Source of the DNA: Candidatus Nanopusillus sp.
GTDB taxonomy: Archaea > Nanobdellota > Nanobdellia > Nanobdellales > Nanobdellaceae
Reading direction: 5' to 3'
Assembly: GCA_046533775.1 (NCBI GenBank)
Contig: JAWDOO010000002.1
Span: 71,127-103,126, forward strand
DNA length: 32,000 nucleotides
The translations under genes were made by a program, and so were the position numbers. The notes below the pieces were generated by a model. That model had not been told where the DNA came from. It saw only the letters and a program-made list of their open reading frames with translations, and made no database searches. Position 1 is the stretch's first letter; each line of letters begins with the position of its first letter. Positions 1 through 7,817 of the stretch are shown here, in pieces.

Positions 1-598
1 TTTCTTTTGGAGAAAGATCCACGTATGCAAATCCTTTTTCAATTAATTCTTTTATATATTTATAATATATATCTAATCTTTCAGATTGTATATAAAATTC
101 ATCTACCTTATCATTTATTAACCATTCAACATCCTCTTTTATCGATTCATATACATCTGGATCTGGCTTTTTAACCTTTGGATCTGTATCTTCAATCCTT
201 AATATAAATTTTCCTTTATACATTTTTGCATATTCATAATTCAATATAATTGCTCTTGCATGACCTATATGTAAATATCCTGAAGGATTTGGAGCAAATC
301 TTGTCTTAACTTTACCTTCTATTGCATTCTTTAATTCTGGTAATCCTTTTCTTTCCTCTTTTTTCTTTTCTTCTAATAGCTCTGGATATTCTTTTAACAA
401 TATATTATAAGCTTCTTCTCTGGATATATTAGCCAAATTATTTATTTCTTCTTTAACTTTTGGAATTATTTCCTTTATGTTTTTCTTTAAATCAGGATTT
501 TCATATACTATTTTTGATACAACAGAATTTAAATTTACATTTCCATACTTATATTTATTATATAATACCCATTTTTTTATTAATTTATTTATATCCAT
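1..598 (-). CDS. gltX: Glutamyl-tRNA synthetase, N-terminal part (gene continues past the left edge)
   Basis: Truncated, so absent from the ORF track. Reverse-strand translation from ATG 598-596 reads [10 protein letters not shown]...[61 protein letters not shown] and stays open to position 1. It has the class-I HIGH signature and the RIEDTD block of archaeal/eukaryal-type GluRS. Confidence 0.8.
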   Translation of the reverse strand, partial: MDINKLIKKWVLYNKYKYGNVNLNSVVSKIVYENPDLKKNIKEIIPKVKEEINNLANISREEAYNILLKEYPELLEEKKKEERKGLPELKNAIEGKVKTRFAPNPSGYLHIGHARAIILNYEYAKMYKGKFILRIEDTDPKVKKPDPDVYESIKEDVEWLINDKVDEFYIQSERLDIYYKYIKELIEKGFAYVDLSPKE

Positions 599-599
599 C

Positions 600-803
600 T
601 TATAATACTCTTATTGCCCACTTACCCTCTTTTAAATTTAATTTTTTAGAAAATTCAGAATTTTCTTGATTTACAATTATAATAAATCCAGAATAATCTT
701 CAGATAAATCTGTAGAACCACAATATGGACATCTTTCTACATCTTTATCAATTATTGCCTTACAATTTCTACATACTTTTCTTTTTGATTTTCTATACGC
801 CAT
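600..803 (-). CDS. spt4: Transcription elongation factor Spt4 / RNA polymerase subunit E''
   Basis: 67 aa with two Cys pairs (CRNC ... CPYC) forming a zinc ribbon. It lies immediately downstream of rpoE', the conserved archaeal arrangement. Confidence 0.8.
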   Translation of the reverse strand: MAYRKSKRKVCRNCKAIIDKDVERCPYCGSTDLSEDYSGFIIIVNQENSEFSKKLNLKEGKWAIRVL

Positions 804-1348
804 TATTTACCAGATTTTTTCTTTTGTTCAAGCCATTCCAATTTTCCCAATCCTGGTTGTTTCATTGTCATTGCAATTCTTACATTAGATACACCTTTAT
901 AACTTACTGTAACTATTCTTGCTTTTACTATATCATTTACTTTCAATACTTTTCTACTATTCTTTCCAATTAAAGCTTCTCTTCCAGAAACTGATACCTC
1001 ATCATCCATTATTTGAGAAATATGAACCAATGCATCTATAGGTCCTATATTTATAAATGCTCCAAATTCTGTTATAGATGATACAAATCCATATGTTAGT
1101 TCAGAAATAATTGGAAAATATGAAATTGCAGTAAATTTTACCTTATAATATACTCCTCCATCTTCAAAAACCATTATACCTTCAGATATTTCGTCTATGG
1201 ATTTTATTGTTACAATTATACCATATTCTTTTCCACCCATTCCAACATAATTATTTAATAATATTTTTTCTATCATTTCATTTACATTATCTGTTATTTC
1301 ATTTGGTGACACTCTTACCACATCATATATTTGAACTTCATAAAACAT
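803..1348 (-). CDS. rpoE: DNA-directed RNA polymerase subunit E' (Rpo7)
   Basis: 181 aa. The N-terminal Rpo7 region is followed by an S1-like OB domain (GFVSSITEFGAFINIGPIDALVHISQI). It is followed by spt4. Confidence 0.85.
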   Translation of the reverse strand: MFYEVQIYDVVRVSPNEITDNVNEMIEKILLNNYVGMGGKEYGIIVTIKSIDEISEGIMVFEDGGVYYKVKFTAISYFPIISELTYGFVSSITEFGAFINIGPIDALVHISQIMDDEVSVSGREALIGKNSRKVLKVNDIVKARIVTVSYKGVSNVRIAMTMKQPGLGKLEWLEQKKKSGK

Positions 1349-1360
1349 TATTAGAATGAT

Positions 1361-1380
1361 TTTATAAATTTTTATAAATC
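1361..1380. promoter_or_regulatory. Tandem palindromic TATA-like boxes (TTTATAAATT TTTATAAATC) in the divergent rpoE'/primase intergenic region
   Basis: This is a 10-bp unit repeated twice within the 68-bp spacer. The second box is centred about 26 nt from the rpoE' ATG (1348), which fits a leaderless archaeal promoter. The AT-rich background makes this weak. Confidence 0.3.
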
Positions 1381-1416
1381 TTTGTAATTTTTATTTTTTT
1401 GCAATAAAAAAATATT

Positions 1417-2808
1417 ATGGGTATAATGTTAAATAATTTAATTAAGTTCTATCAAAATAATAAAGAAATTTTAGAAGATATGGTAAAAATTTCACAGAAT
1501 AGAGAAGTTGGATATTTATTATCAAATAATAATTTTGGACATAGACCATCAAAAATAGAGACAGAAGATGATATAATAAATTATATTAAAAAAGGTGCTA
1601 TTTCATTTCATATATCAATTGAGAGATGGATTGATCTAAATATTTTGAGTGAAAAAGTTTCAAAAAAAGATTTGAATGAATATAGATTGGGATGGGATTT
1701 CATAATAGATATAGATGCAAAATCTTTGGATCTATCAAAGGTTACTGCAAGAGTTATTTTTGATTATTTAAAAGAAAAAAATATTAATCCAATATATATT
1801 AAATATTCTGGGGGAAAAGGTTTTCATATAGCAATTCCTTGGGAAATATTTCCAGAAACAATAAATATATATAAAAAAGATAATTTTGTAGAAGAAGAGA
1901 CAAGGAAATTATTCCCAGATCTTGCAAGGATATTGGCATTATATATATCAAAAGAAATAGAAGAGAAATTAAAGAAAATAATATTATTAAAATTTAGTGA
2001 AGATGAATTGAAAAAATATGGTATAAATGATATAGAAAGATTTAATCCATATGATATAATTGAAATAGATACAATATTAATATCATCAAGACATTTAATT
2101 AGATGTTTATATTCAATAAATGAGAAAACAGGAAATTTATCTATACCAATAAAGGAAAATTATATAGAAAAATTAAATCCTGAAGATTCTAATATAAATA
2201 ATTATTCATATGAAGGTATACCATATTTAACTGAAGATTTAGAAAGAAAAGAATCTAAAGAATTAAAAAAGCTAATTAACGATTCATTATTATGGAAAAT
2301 AAAAAATGAATTTGAAGTAATAAAATTTAGCAGATTGGCAGAAAATTATAAAAATCAGGAAGAAATTGAAGAAGCAAAGAAGGATGTAGAAGAAATAAAG
2401 AAAAGAAAGATAGAAATAAATGAAGATTTATTCCCTCCATGTATAAAAAATATATTAAATAATAAAGAAATGGATGATGGAAGGAAAAGATCCTTATTTA
2501 TATTAATAAATTTCTTTGCAAATATTGGATGGAATTGGGATAAAATTGAAAAATATATAAAAGAATGGAATGAAAGTTTACAGGATCCTTTAAAAGATAG
2601 ATATATAGAATATCAATTAGAATGGCATAAGAAATTATATAAAAATAATAAAAAATATTTAACCCCAAATTGCAATAATGAAATATATTATAAGGATATT
2701 GGAATATGTACTCCAGATAATATTTGCTCATTAATTAAAAATCCTTTATCATATCCAATTAAAAAAATTAAAAGTACAAAATCTTCTCAGGATTCTCAAA
2801 ATAATTAA
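1417..2808 (+). CDS. Single-chain archaeo-eukaryotic DNA primase (PriS catalytic domain fused to a PriL-CTD-like Fe-S domain)
   Basis: The N-terminal half has AEP motifs: WDFIIDIDAK (DxD) and YSGGKGFHIAIPW (SGxxGxH). The C-terminal ~130 aa has FPPCIKNIL plus PNC, GIC and NIC, giving four Cys arranged as in the PriL C-terminal 4Fe-4S domain. Confidence 0.8.
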   Translation: MGIMLNNLIKFYQNNKEILEDMVKISQNREVGYLLSNNNFGHRPSKIETEDDIINYIKKGAISFHISIERWIDLNILSEKVSKKDLNEYRLGWDFIIDIDAKSLDLSKVTARVIFDYLKEKNINPIYIKYSGGKGFHIAIPWEIFPETINIYKKDNFVEEETRKLFPDLARILALYISKEIEEKLKKIILLKFSEDELKKYGINDIERFNPYDIIEIDTILISSRHLIRCLYSINEKTGNLSIPIKENYIEKLNPEDSNINNYSYEGIPYLTEDLERKESKELKKLINDSLLWKIKNEFEVIKFSRLAENYKNQEEIEEAKKDVEEIKKRKIEINEDLFPPCIKNILNNKEMDDGRKRSLFILINFFANIGWNWDKIEKYIKEWNESLQDPLKDRYIEYQLEWHKKLYKNNKKYLTPNCNNEIYYKDIGICTPDNICSLIKNPLSYPIKKIKSTKSSQDSQNN

Positions 2809-3154
2809 TATAAAACTTTATTTCATCAATATGCTTTCTTAAATCTTCAACCTCTCTTACTCTAAAATATTTAAAGAATCTTTTCCTTTCAATATCATTT
2901 ATAATTATTCCATCAGATTCTAGTAAATTTCTTACATATTTATATAAAATTTTTCCCTTATTATCATTATCTGTTAATATAATTGCTTCTCTATAATTTA
3001 AAAATATCCCATCATCCTTTCTTAATTCATATATTGTATATACATTATTAAATCCAAATTCTCTTAATACTTCCTTATCCTTTCTACCCTCCACAACTAT
3101 AATTGAATCCTTTTTCTCCCTTAACCTATGTAAAAAAGATATTATCCTATACAT
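2768..3154 (-). CDS. Small stand-alone Toprim domain protein
   Basis: 128 aa with IIVVEGRKDKEVL (the conserved Toprim Glu) and ILTDNDNKGK (DxD). It is convergent with the primase gene and overlaps its 3' end by 41 bp. Confidence 0.7.
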   Translation of the reverse strand: MYRIISFLHRLREKKDSIIVVEGRKDKEVLREFGFNNVYTIYELRKDDGIFLNYREAIILTDNDNKGKILYKYVRNLLESDGIIINDIERKRFFKYFRVREVEDLRKHIDEIKFYINYFENPEKILYF

Positions 3155-3198
3155 TATAAAAAGTTTAACTTTTAATTATTAAAGTTTTTTTATTTATT

Positions 3199-3684
3199 AT
3201 GCCACCAAAGGAAAGGATTGTTGATGGTAAAATATTCTCATATACTGGATTAATTGACTTTCAAAAATTCTATAAATCAATGAAAGAATTTTGGGATAAT
3301 AAAGGATTTGACTTCTTTGAAAATAAACATGAAGAAAAAGTAAAAGATGATGGATCTAGATCTATAAATTTAGAATGGCATACGGAAAAGAAAATAACAG
3401 ATTACGTAACATATAGCTATGATATAAGTATTTCAATAGATACATTAAAATTATTAGATAATATGAAACAGTATGCAGAAAATCTAAATATAAAAATAAA
3501 TGGAGATTTAATAACTGATTATCAAAAATATTTTGGAGACAAACCATTCAATATATTTCTTAGAGGATTATTTGAAAAGTATTTATATGATAGCGAATTA
3601 AAGGATCATAAGAAAAATGTTGGAAAAATTGCAGATGATTTTCTAAATTTAGCAAAAGATTTTACAGCATCATTTAAATTATGA
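3199..3684 (+). CDS. Hypothetical protein (161 aa), first of a coupled pair
   Basis: Long ORF with the local codon bias. Its stop overlaps the next start (ATGA at 3681-3684). I recognise no motif. Confidence 0.6.
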   Translation: MPPKERIVDGKIFSYTGLIDFQKFYKSMKEFWDNKGFDFFENKHEEKVKDDGSRSINLEWHTEKKITDYVTYSYDISISIDTLKLLDNMKQYAENLNIKINGDLITDYQKYFGDKPFNIFLRGLFEKYLYDSELKDHKKNVGKIADDFLNLAKDFTASFKL

Positions 3685-4223
3685 CCTGGGAAACAATATA
3701 TAAAACAAGAGTAAGATCAAAAATAAAATTTATTCCACAGGATTTTTATGAGAAATTTAAAAAATTCCTTGAAAGCGATAAATGGGAAGGAATATTTAAA
3801 AAAGATAGATATGAAAAATATTATTTTCATAGATTAACTCCAGAAGGTTTATTATTTATAGAAGCTAAATGGGAGGGTTATAAAAATTATTGGAAAGAAG
3901 AACCAAAGATTGATTGGAAAATTGAATTAACAATTATTATTAATGCTTATAATATAAATACATCTGTTGGTGATTTAGATATAAGTATAGAAAGTTCACA
4001 TAATATAGAAGAATTTAAAGATTTTGATATAAGTAAAGCTAGTGGAACCGAAAAAATATTATTGCATCTTGGATTTTCAAAAGTATTAAGTTCTTTAAAA
4101 TCTAATCTAGAAAAAGTTAGAGGAAAAAAGAAATTAATAGATATGTCTGGAAGGGATTTATATAATGATTCTGAAAAGATAAAAAATTTTGTACTAGATT
4201 ATTTCAAATTATATAAATATTAA
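3681..4223 (+). CDS. Hypothetical protein (180 aa), second of a coupled pair and possibly a distant paralogue of the first
   Basis: Translationally coupled to 3199-3684. It shares a similar pattern: F/Y..FK.F...(W/F) helix, an EW/KW...K block, alternating I.I.I strands and a C-terminal DF/DYF helix. Confidence 0.6.
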   Translation: MTWETIYKTRVRSKIKFIPQDFYEKFKKFLESDKWEGIFKKDRYEKYYFHRLTPEGLLFIEAKWEGYKNYWKEEPKIDWKIELTIIINAYNINTSVGDLDISIESSHNIEEFKDFDISKASGTEKILLHLGFSKVLSSLKSNLEKVRGKKKLIDMSGRDLYNDSEKIKNFVLDYFKLYKY

Positions 4224-4597
4224 ATATTAAAAATTTCAATGTTTAATTCTTTTGCCTTATTTATTATTTGTTCTCTTTTTCTTTTTCCAACATTAGAAGC
4301 AATTATTGCACATTCTTTTTCTTTATCTATTTTTTCCAATTCCTCTATATTATGTACTAATACAGGTTTCTTACCATTTGGTAATAGTCCTTTTACTTCT
4401 CTAGGAGAACCATATCCAACCTCTACCATAGAAACCCTACTTTTCAATTTCCTTCTTATCTTATTATGTATGCCTCTTGGTCTTCTCCAAGATTCTTTTT
4501 TATTTCTTAATTTTATTACTTTCCACCATTGAAATCTAAGATAATCTGGTTTTTTCCTCTTAATTATTTTTCTTAATTTTAATAATTTATTCATCAT
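4220..4597 (-). CDS. rpl32e: 50S ribosomal protein L32e
   Basis: WRRPRGIHNKIRRKLKSR and the overall L32e pattern. It overlaps the L6 stop by 4 bp. Confidence 0.9.
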   Translation of the reverse strand: MMNKLLKLRKIIKRKKPDYLRFQWWKVIKLRNKKESWRRPRGIHNKIRRKLKSRVSMVEVGYGSPREVKGLLPNGKKPVLVHNIEELEKIDKEKECAIIASNVGKRKREQIINKAKELNIEIFNI

Positions 4598-5127
4598 GGT
4601 TTTTGGATAATATAAATTCCATCTTGGAACTTTCTTAAATCTTTTTCCTTTGGTTTTACTGAATTTTCTATTGATCCTGCTAAATTTCCTAATAATTCTA
4701 TATCATGTCCCTCTAATGTAATCTCATTTTCATTTAATGTAGCTTTTACTCCTTTAGGTATTTCTATTTCTTTTATATCTCTTCCACCCATGTAATTTTC
4801 AATTATTAATTTATTATTTTGTAATTTTAATTTTAATGGAAAGTGTATTGAAATACCCTTTAATTTATATACAAAACCTTTTGTTACACCTTCAATATCG
4901 TTTTTTATATGCGCAATCATTGTATTCATATCTCTAATTATTTTCTTTGATGGAAAATATGCTTTAAATATTATCTTATTTTCTTTTATTTCAATAATAA
5001 TATTTCTATTGTTTATATTTCTATATTTTTCTCCTTTAGGTCCCTTTATATATATTTTTCCATCTTCTATTGATATATTTACACCATTTGGTATTTCTAC
5101 ATAATCTATCATAATTGGAAGTCTCAT
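4594..5127 (-). CDS. rpl6: 50S ribosomal protein L6
   Basis: 177 aa with the two-repeat L6 pattern (VEIPNGVNISIEDGKIYIKGPKG ... IEIPKGVKATLNENEITLEG). Confidence 0.9.
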   Translation of the reverse strand: MRLPIMIDYVEIPNGVNISIEDGKIYIKGPKGEKYRNINNRNIIIEIKENKIIFKAYFPSKKIIRDMNTMIAHIKNDIEGVTKGFVYKLKGISIHFPLKLKLQNNKLIIENYMGGRDIKEIEIPKGVKATLNENEITLEGHDIELLGNLAGSIENSVKPKEKDLRKFQDGIYIIQKP

Positions 5128-5158
5128 CTTATCTTTATATTATAAAAAATATTAAAAA

Positions 5159-5689
5159 TTATTCTTTTACAATATTTACACCAAAATTGTTTTTTAAATA
5201 TTCTATAACTTCCTCTTTTGTAGTTCTATGTCTTTCAGGTATTTTTGACCTCTTAATTCTTCTATACATTACTCTATATCCAGGTCTCCTAACGGTTACT
5301 ATAACATCCATACCATATATGCCAATTGATGGATCATATTTCATACCTGGTATCCATACATATTCTTTTATTCCAAATCCAAAGTTTCCATATTTATCAA
5401 ATTGTGATTCTTTTAATGTATTATTTACTGCTTTTAACAACCATCTCAATGTTTCTTCAGCTTTTTTACCTCTTATTGTTAATTTGACTCCAATTTCCAA
5501 TCCTGGTCTAATTCCCCATGCTTGTACCCTTTTCTTTGCCTTTGTTCTAACAGGTTTGAGATCTGGAAACATCTTTTTTAATAATTTTTCCGCCTTTTCT
5601 AAAGGTTCACCAGGTTTACCCACCCCAATATTTATTGTTACTTTATCAATAATAATTCTCCTCATTATATTATTTTTATTTGAATTCAT
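5159..5689 (-). CDS. rpl5: 50S ribosomal protein L5
   Basis: 176 aa with IDKVTINIGVG ... FGFGIKEYV ... GMDVIVTV, as in archaeal uL5. Confidence 0.9.
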   Translation of the reverse strand: MNSNKNNIMRRIIIDKVTINIGVGKPGEPLEKAEKLLKKMFPDLKPVRTKAKKRVQAWGIRPGLEIGVKLTIRGKKAEETLRWLLKAVNNTLKESQFDKYGNFGFGIKEYVWIPGMKYDPSIGIYGMDVIVTVRRPGYRVMYRRIKRSKIPERHRTTKEEVIEYLKNNFGVNIVKE

Positions 5690-6417
5690 CTTACAGTAAT
5701 TAAAGGTTTATCTTCGCCTATTACAACCGAATAATCAAATATTGTTTCTTCTTTTTTGTTATTATCTATATTTATATATTCTATAAATCTTGTATGTCCA
5801 AATGGTTTTCTAAATATTTTTATATTTTCTAATTTTCCAATTGTACTTACTTTTGCTCCATAGAATATGTATATTAAATTTCCCTTATTCATTTTTATTA
5901 TCTTTTCTATCTTATTTTCTTTTGTATTAAATAGTATACTATCTCCTGTTTTTATATCTTTATCATCAATTATAAAATTCCTTCCATCAATTCCAGTAAC
6001 CTGTATTTTCCCCCCATTAACAAGATTTTTCCTCACAATTTTTATTATTTTCAAATCCTTTTCTTGTTCTGGAATTTCAACCAATTTTAATTTTAAATTA
6101 TTAGACATAACAACCCTATAATTTTTATTTAAATCTTTAATTGATATAACATCAAATAATCCAACATTATATCCCAAATCTTTTATCTTCTTATTATTTA
6201 CCAAAACTTTTTCATTTTTTAATAGGTATTTTGCTTCCTTCTTATTTTTTACAATATTCAAATAATCCCTTAACCATAATAATATTGGCATACCATATTC
6301 AAACTTATATCCATTTGTTTCTGGTCTAATAATCCAATAATATTTCTTTCTACTTATTGGCCATGTTTTTGGTATTGTAATATTTCTTAAATGCCTTTTA
6401 TTGGAAACATGAGCCAT
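5686..6417 (-). CDS. rps4e: 30S ribosomal protein S4e
   Basis: 243 aa with N-terminal HLRNITIPKTWPISRKK, an S4-like segment and a KOW segment. It sits in the canonical position between L24 and L5. Confidence 0.9.
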   Translation of the reverse strand: MAHVSNKRHLRNITIPKTWPISRKKYYWIIRPETNGYKFEYGMPILLWLRDYLNIVKNKKEAKYLLKNEKVLVNNKKIKDLGYNVGLFDVISIKDLNKNYRVVMSNNLKLKLVEIPEQEKDLKIIKIVRKNLVNGGKIQVTGIDGRNFIIDDKDIKTGDSILFNTKENKIEKIIKMNKGNLIYIFYGAKVSTIGKLENIKIFRKPFGHTRFIEYINIDNNKKEETIFDYSVVIGEDKPLITVR

Positions 6418-6454
6418 TTTATTATTTTTTAATAACTATTTTTAAAATATTTTC

Positions 6455-6979
6455 TTATTTAAATTTTTTATTTAATTCAATTACTTTTGCCAATTCATCT
6501 TCTTTTACTGAGAAATTATTTATCAATTGATTTATTAATTCTTCTATTTTATTTTCTTCAATATTTTTTGTCTTCATTTTTCTTTTTATAATTTCTATTC
6601 TTTTCTTATCCTTTAAATTCAACCTTAATATCAATAATTTTGAACTATGAATAGGTCTATAAACTTCTCTATTTGCCTTATTCGTAAATTTAGCATTATC
6701 TATATATACTTTATATCTTTTTCTATCTATATAGATTACAAATCCTTCAGTATTTCTATATTTACCTCTTAAAATTTTAACATAATCTCCAACCCTTAAA
6801 GGTAAAGAATTTATTTTAATTAAATTTTTTATATCTTTTGATAACATTGAAGAAATTATTTTACCTCTAATATGTAAAGGTGCATTTATTATATATTTTC
6901 TCTGTTTTCTAGAACTTTTAGAAGATTTCCATGACGAGCTCCAATCTTTATAATCAATATTTTTTATTTTTAGAACCAT
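6455..6979 (-). CDS. rpl24: 50S ribosomal protein L24 (uL24) with N- and C-terminal extensions
   Basis: SRKQRKYIINAPLHIRGK and the KOW motif GDYVKILRGKYRNTEGFV. At 174 aa it is longer than usual archaeal L24. Confidence 0.85.
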   Translation of the reverse strand: MVLKIKNIDYKDWSSSWKSSKSSRKQRKYIINAPLHIRGKIISSMLSKDIKNLIKINSLPLRVGDYVKILRGKYRNTEGFVIYIDRKRYKVYIDNAKFTNKANREVYRPIHSSKLLILRLNLKDKKRIEIIKRKMKTKNIEENKIEELINQLINNFSVKEDELAKVIELNKKFK

Positions 6980-6980
6980 T

Positions 6981-7385
6981 TTATATAACTATACTTGCAA
7001 TTTTTCCAATTTCTGGCCATCTTTCAACAACCTCTCTTGCTACTGGTCCTCTAATAATTGTACCTGCTGGTGTTCCTGTTTTTTCATCTTTTATAATTAC
7101 ACAAGCATTATCCTCAAACCTTATTCTTGTACCATCCTTTCTTCTATATTCTTTTCTTTGTCTAATTATAACAGCTTTCATAACCTTTCCAACTAATGAT
7201 AAATCCCCGTCTATTATTGATACAGAAACCATATCAGCAACTCCTGCTTTAGCATATCTTCTCTTTACACCTTTATATCCAACCACAGAAATCACCTTTG
7301 CTAATTTTGCCTTTGAATTATCTGCAACCTTTAAAATCGTACCAACAGTAATTCCCCTAGTTACTTTTGCACTAATTGGTTTCAT
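6981..7385 (-). CDS. rpl14: 50S ribosomal protein L14 (uL14)
   Basis: 134 aa with LKVADNSKAKLAKVISV ... AVIIRQRKEYRRKDGTRIRFEDNACVII. Confidence 0.9.
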   Translation of the reverse strand: MKPISAKVTRGITVGTILKVADNSKAKLAKVISVVGYKGVKRRYAKAGVADMVSVSIIDGDLSLVGKVMKAVIIRQRKEYRRKDGTRIRFEDNACVIIKDEKTGTPAGTIIRGPVAREVVERWPEIGKIASIVI

Positions 7386-7717
7386 TTTTTACTAATTACA
7401 ACAAAATTTATTGTTTTTGATATTGGCCTTGTCTCTCCAATAATAACTTCATCCCCTTCTTTTATATCTAAACATTTTGGAACATGAGCTTTAATTTTTG
7501 ATCTTTTTATCATATATCTTTCATATTTTGGAATATAATAATATCTATAAAATGTTATTAAAGCAATTCTTCTCCTAATTCTCTCAACTTTTCCTTCAAA
7601 TAATAATCCTCTAATTCTTATTTCTCCATGCCATGGACACTTTTTATCATCACAAACTTTTTCAGGTGGATTTATACCTTCAATTCCAATATCCTTAGCA
7701 TAAGTCTTTTGTACCAT
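7382..7717 (-). CDS. rps17: 30S ribosomal protein S17 (uS17)
   Basis: 111 aa with KCPWHGEIRIRGLLFEGKV ... HVPKCLDIKEGDEVIIGETRPISKT. Confidence 0.9.
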   Translation of the reverse strand: MVQKTYAKDIGIEGINPPEKVCDDKKCPWHGEIRIRGLLFEGKVERIRRRIALITFYRYYYIPKYERYMIKRSKIKAHVPKCLDIKEGDEVIIGETRPISKTINFVVISKK

Positions 7718-7759
7718 TTTATGATTAAATTATAAATAGATTTAAAAATAATATTTCTA

Positions 7760-7817
7760 GAAAGATGATGATGGATCAACGATCTGAATAGTGATGATTG
7801 ATGGGCAAACTGAAAAT
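7760..7817 (+). ncRNA. C/D-box sRNA (2'-O-methylation guide)
   Basis: Read directly from the sequence: C box AUGAUGA 7765-7771, 12-nt guide uggaucaacgau 7772-7783 and D' CUGA 7784-7787. Then a 3-nt loop, C' GUGAUGA 7791-7797, 12-nt guide uugaugggcaaa 7798-7809 and D CUGA 7810-7813. A TTATAAAT box lies about 26 nt upstream of about 7760. Confidence 0.8.

Noticed and set aside
460-973. + strand ORFs 460-669 and 725-973
   Set aside because: They are antisense to gltX, spt4 and rpoE', and their translations are low-complexity.
5115-5699. 194-aa + strand ORF, and similar long + strand ORFs at 6931-7395, 4239-4532 and 5867-6121
   Set aside because: They lie exactly antisense to well-supported ribosomal protein genes (L5, L14, L32e, S4e). 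Their low-complexity F/L/I/S-rich translations are typical of shadow ORFs in AT-rich DNA.
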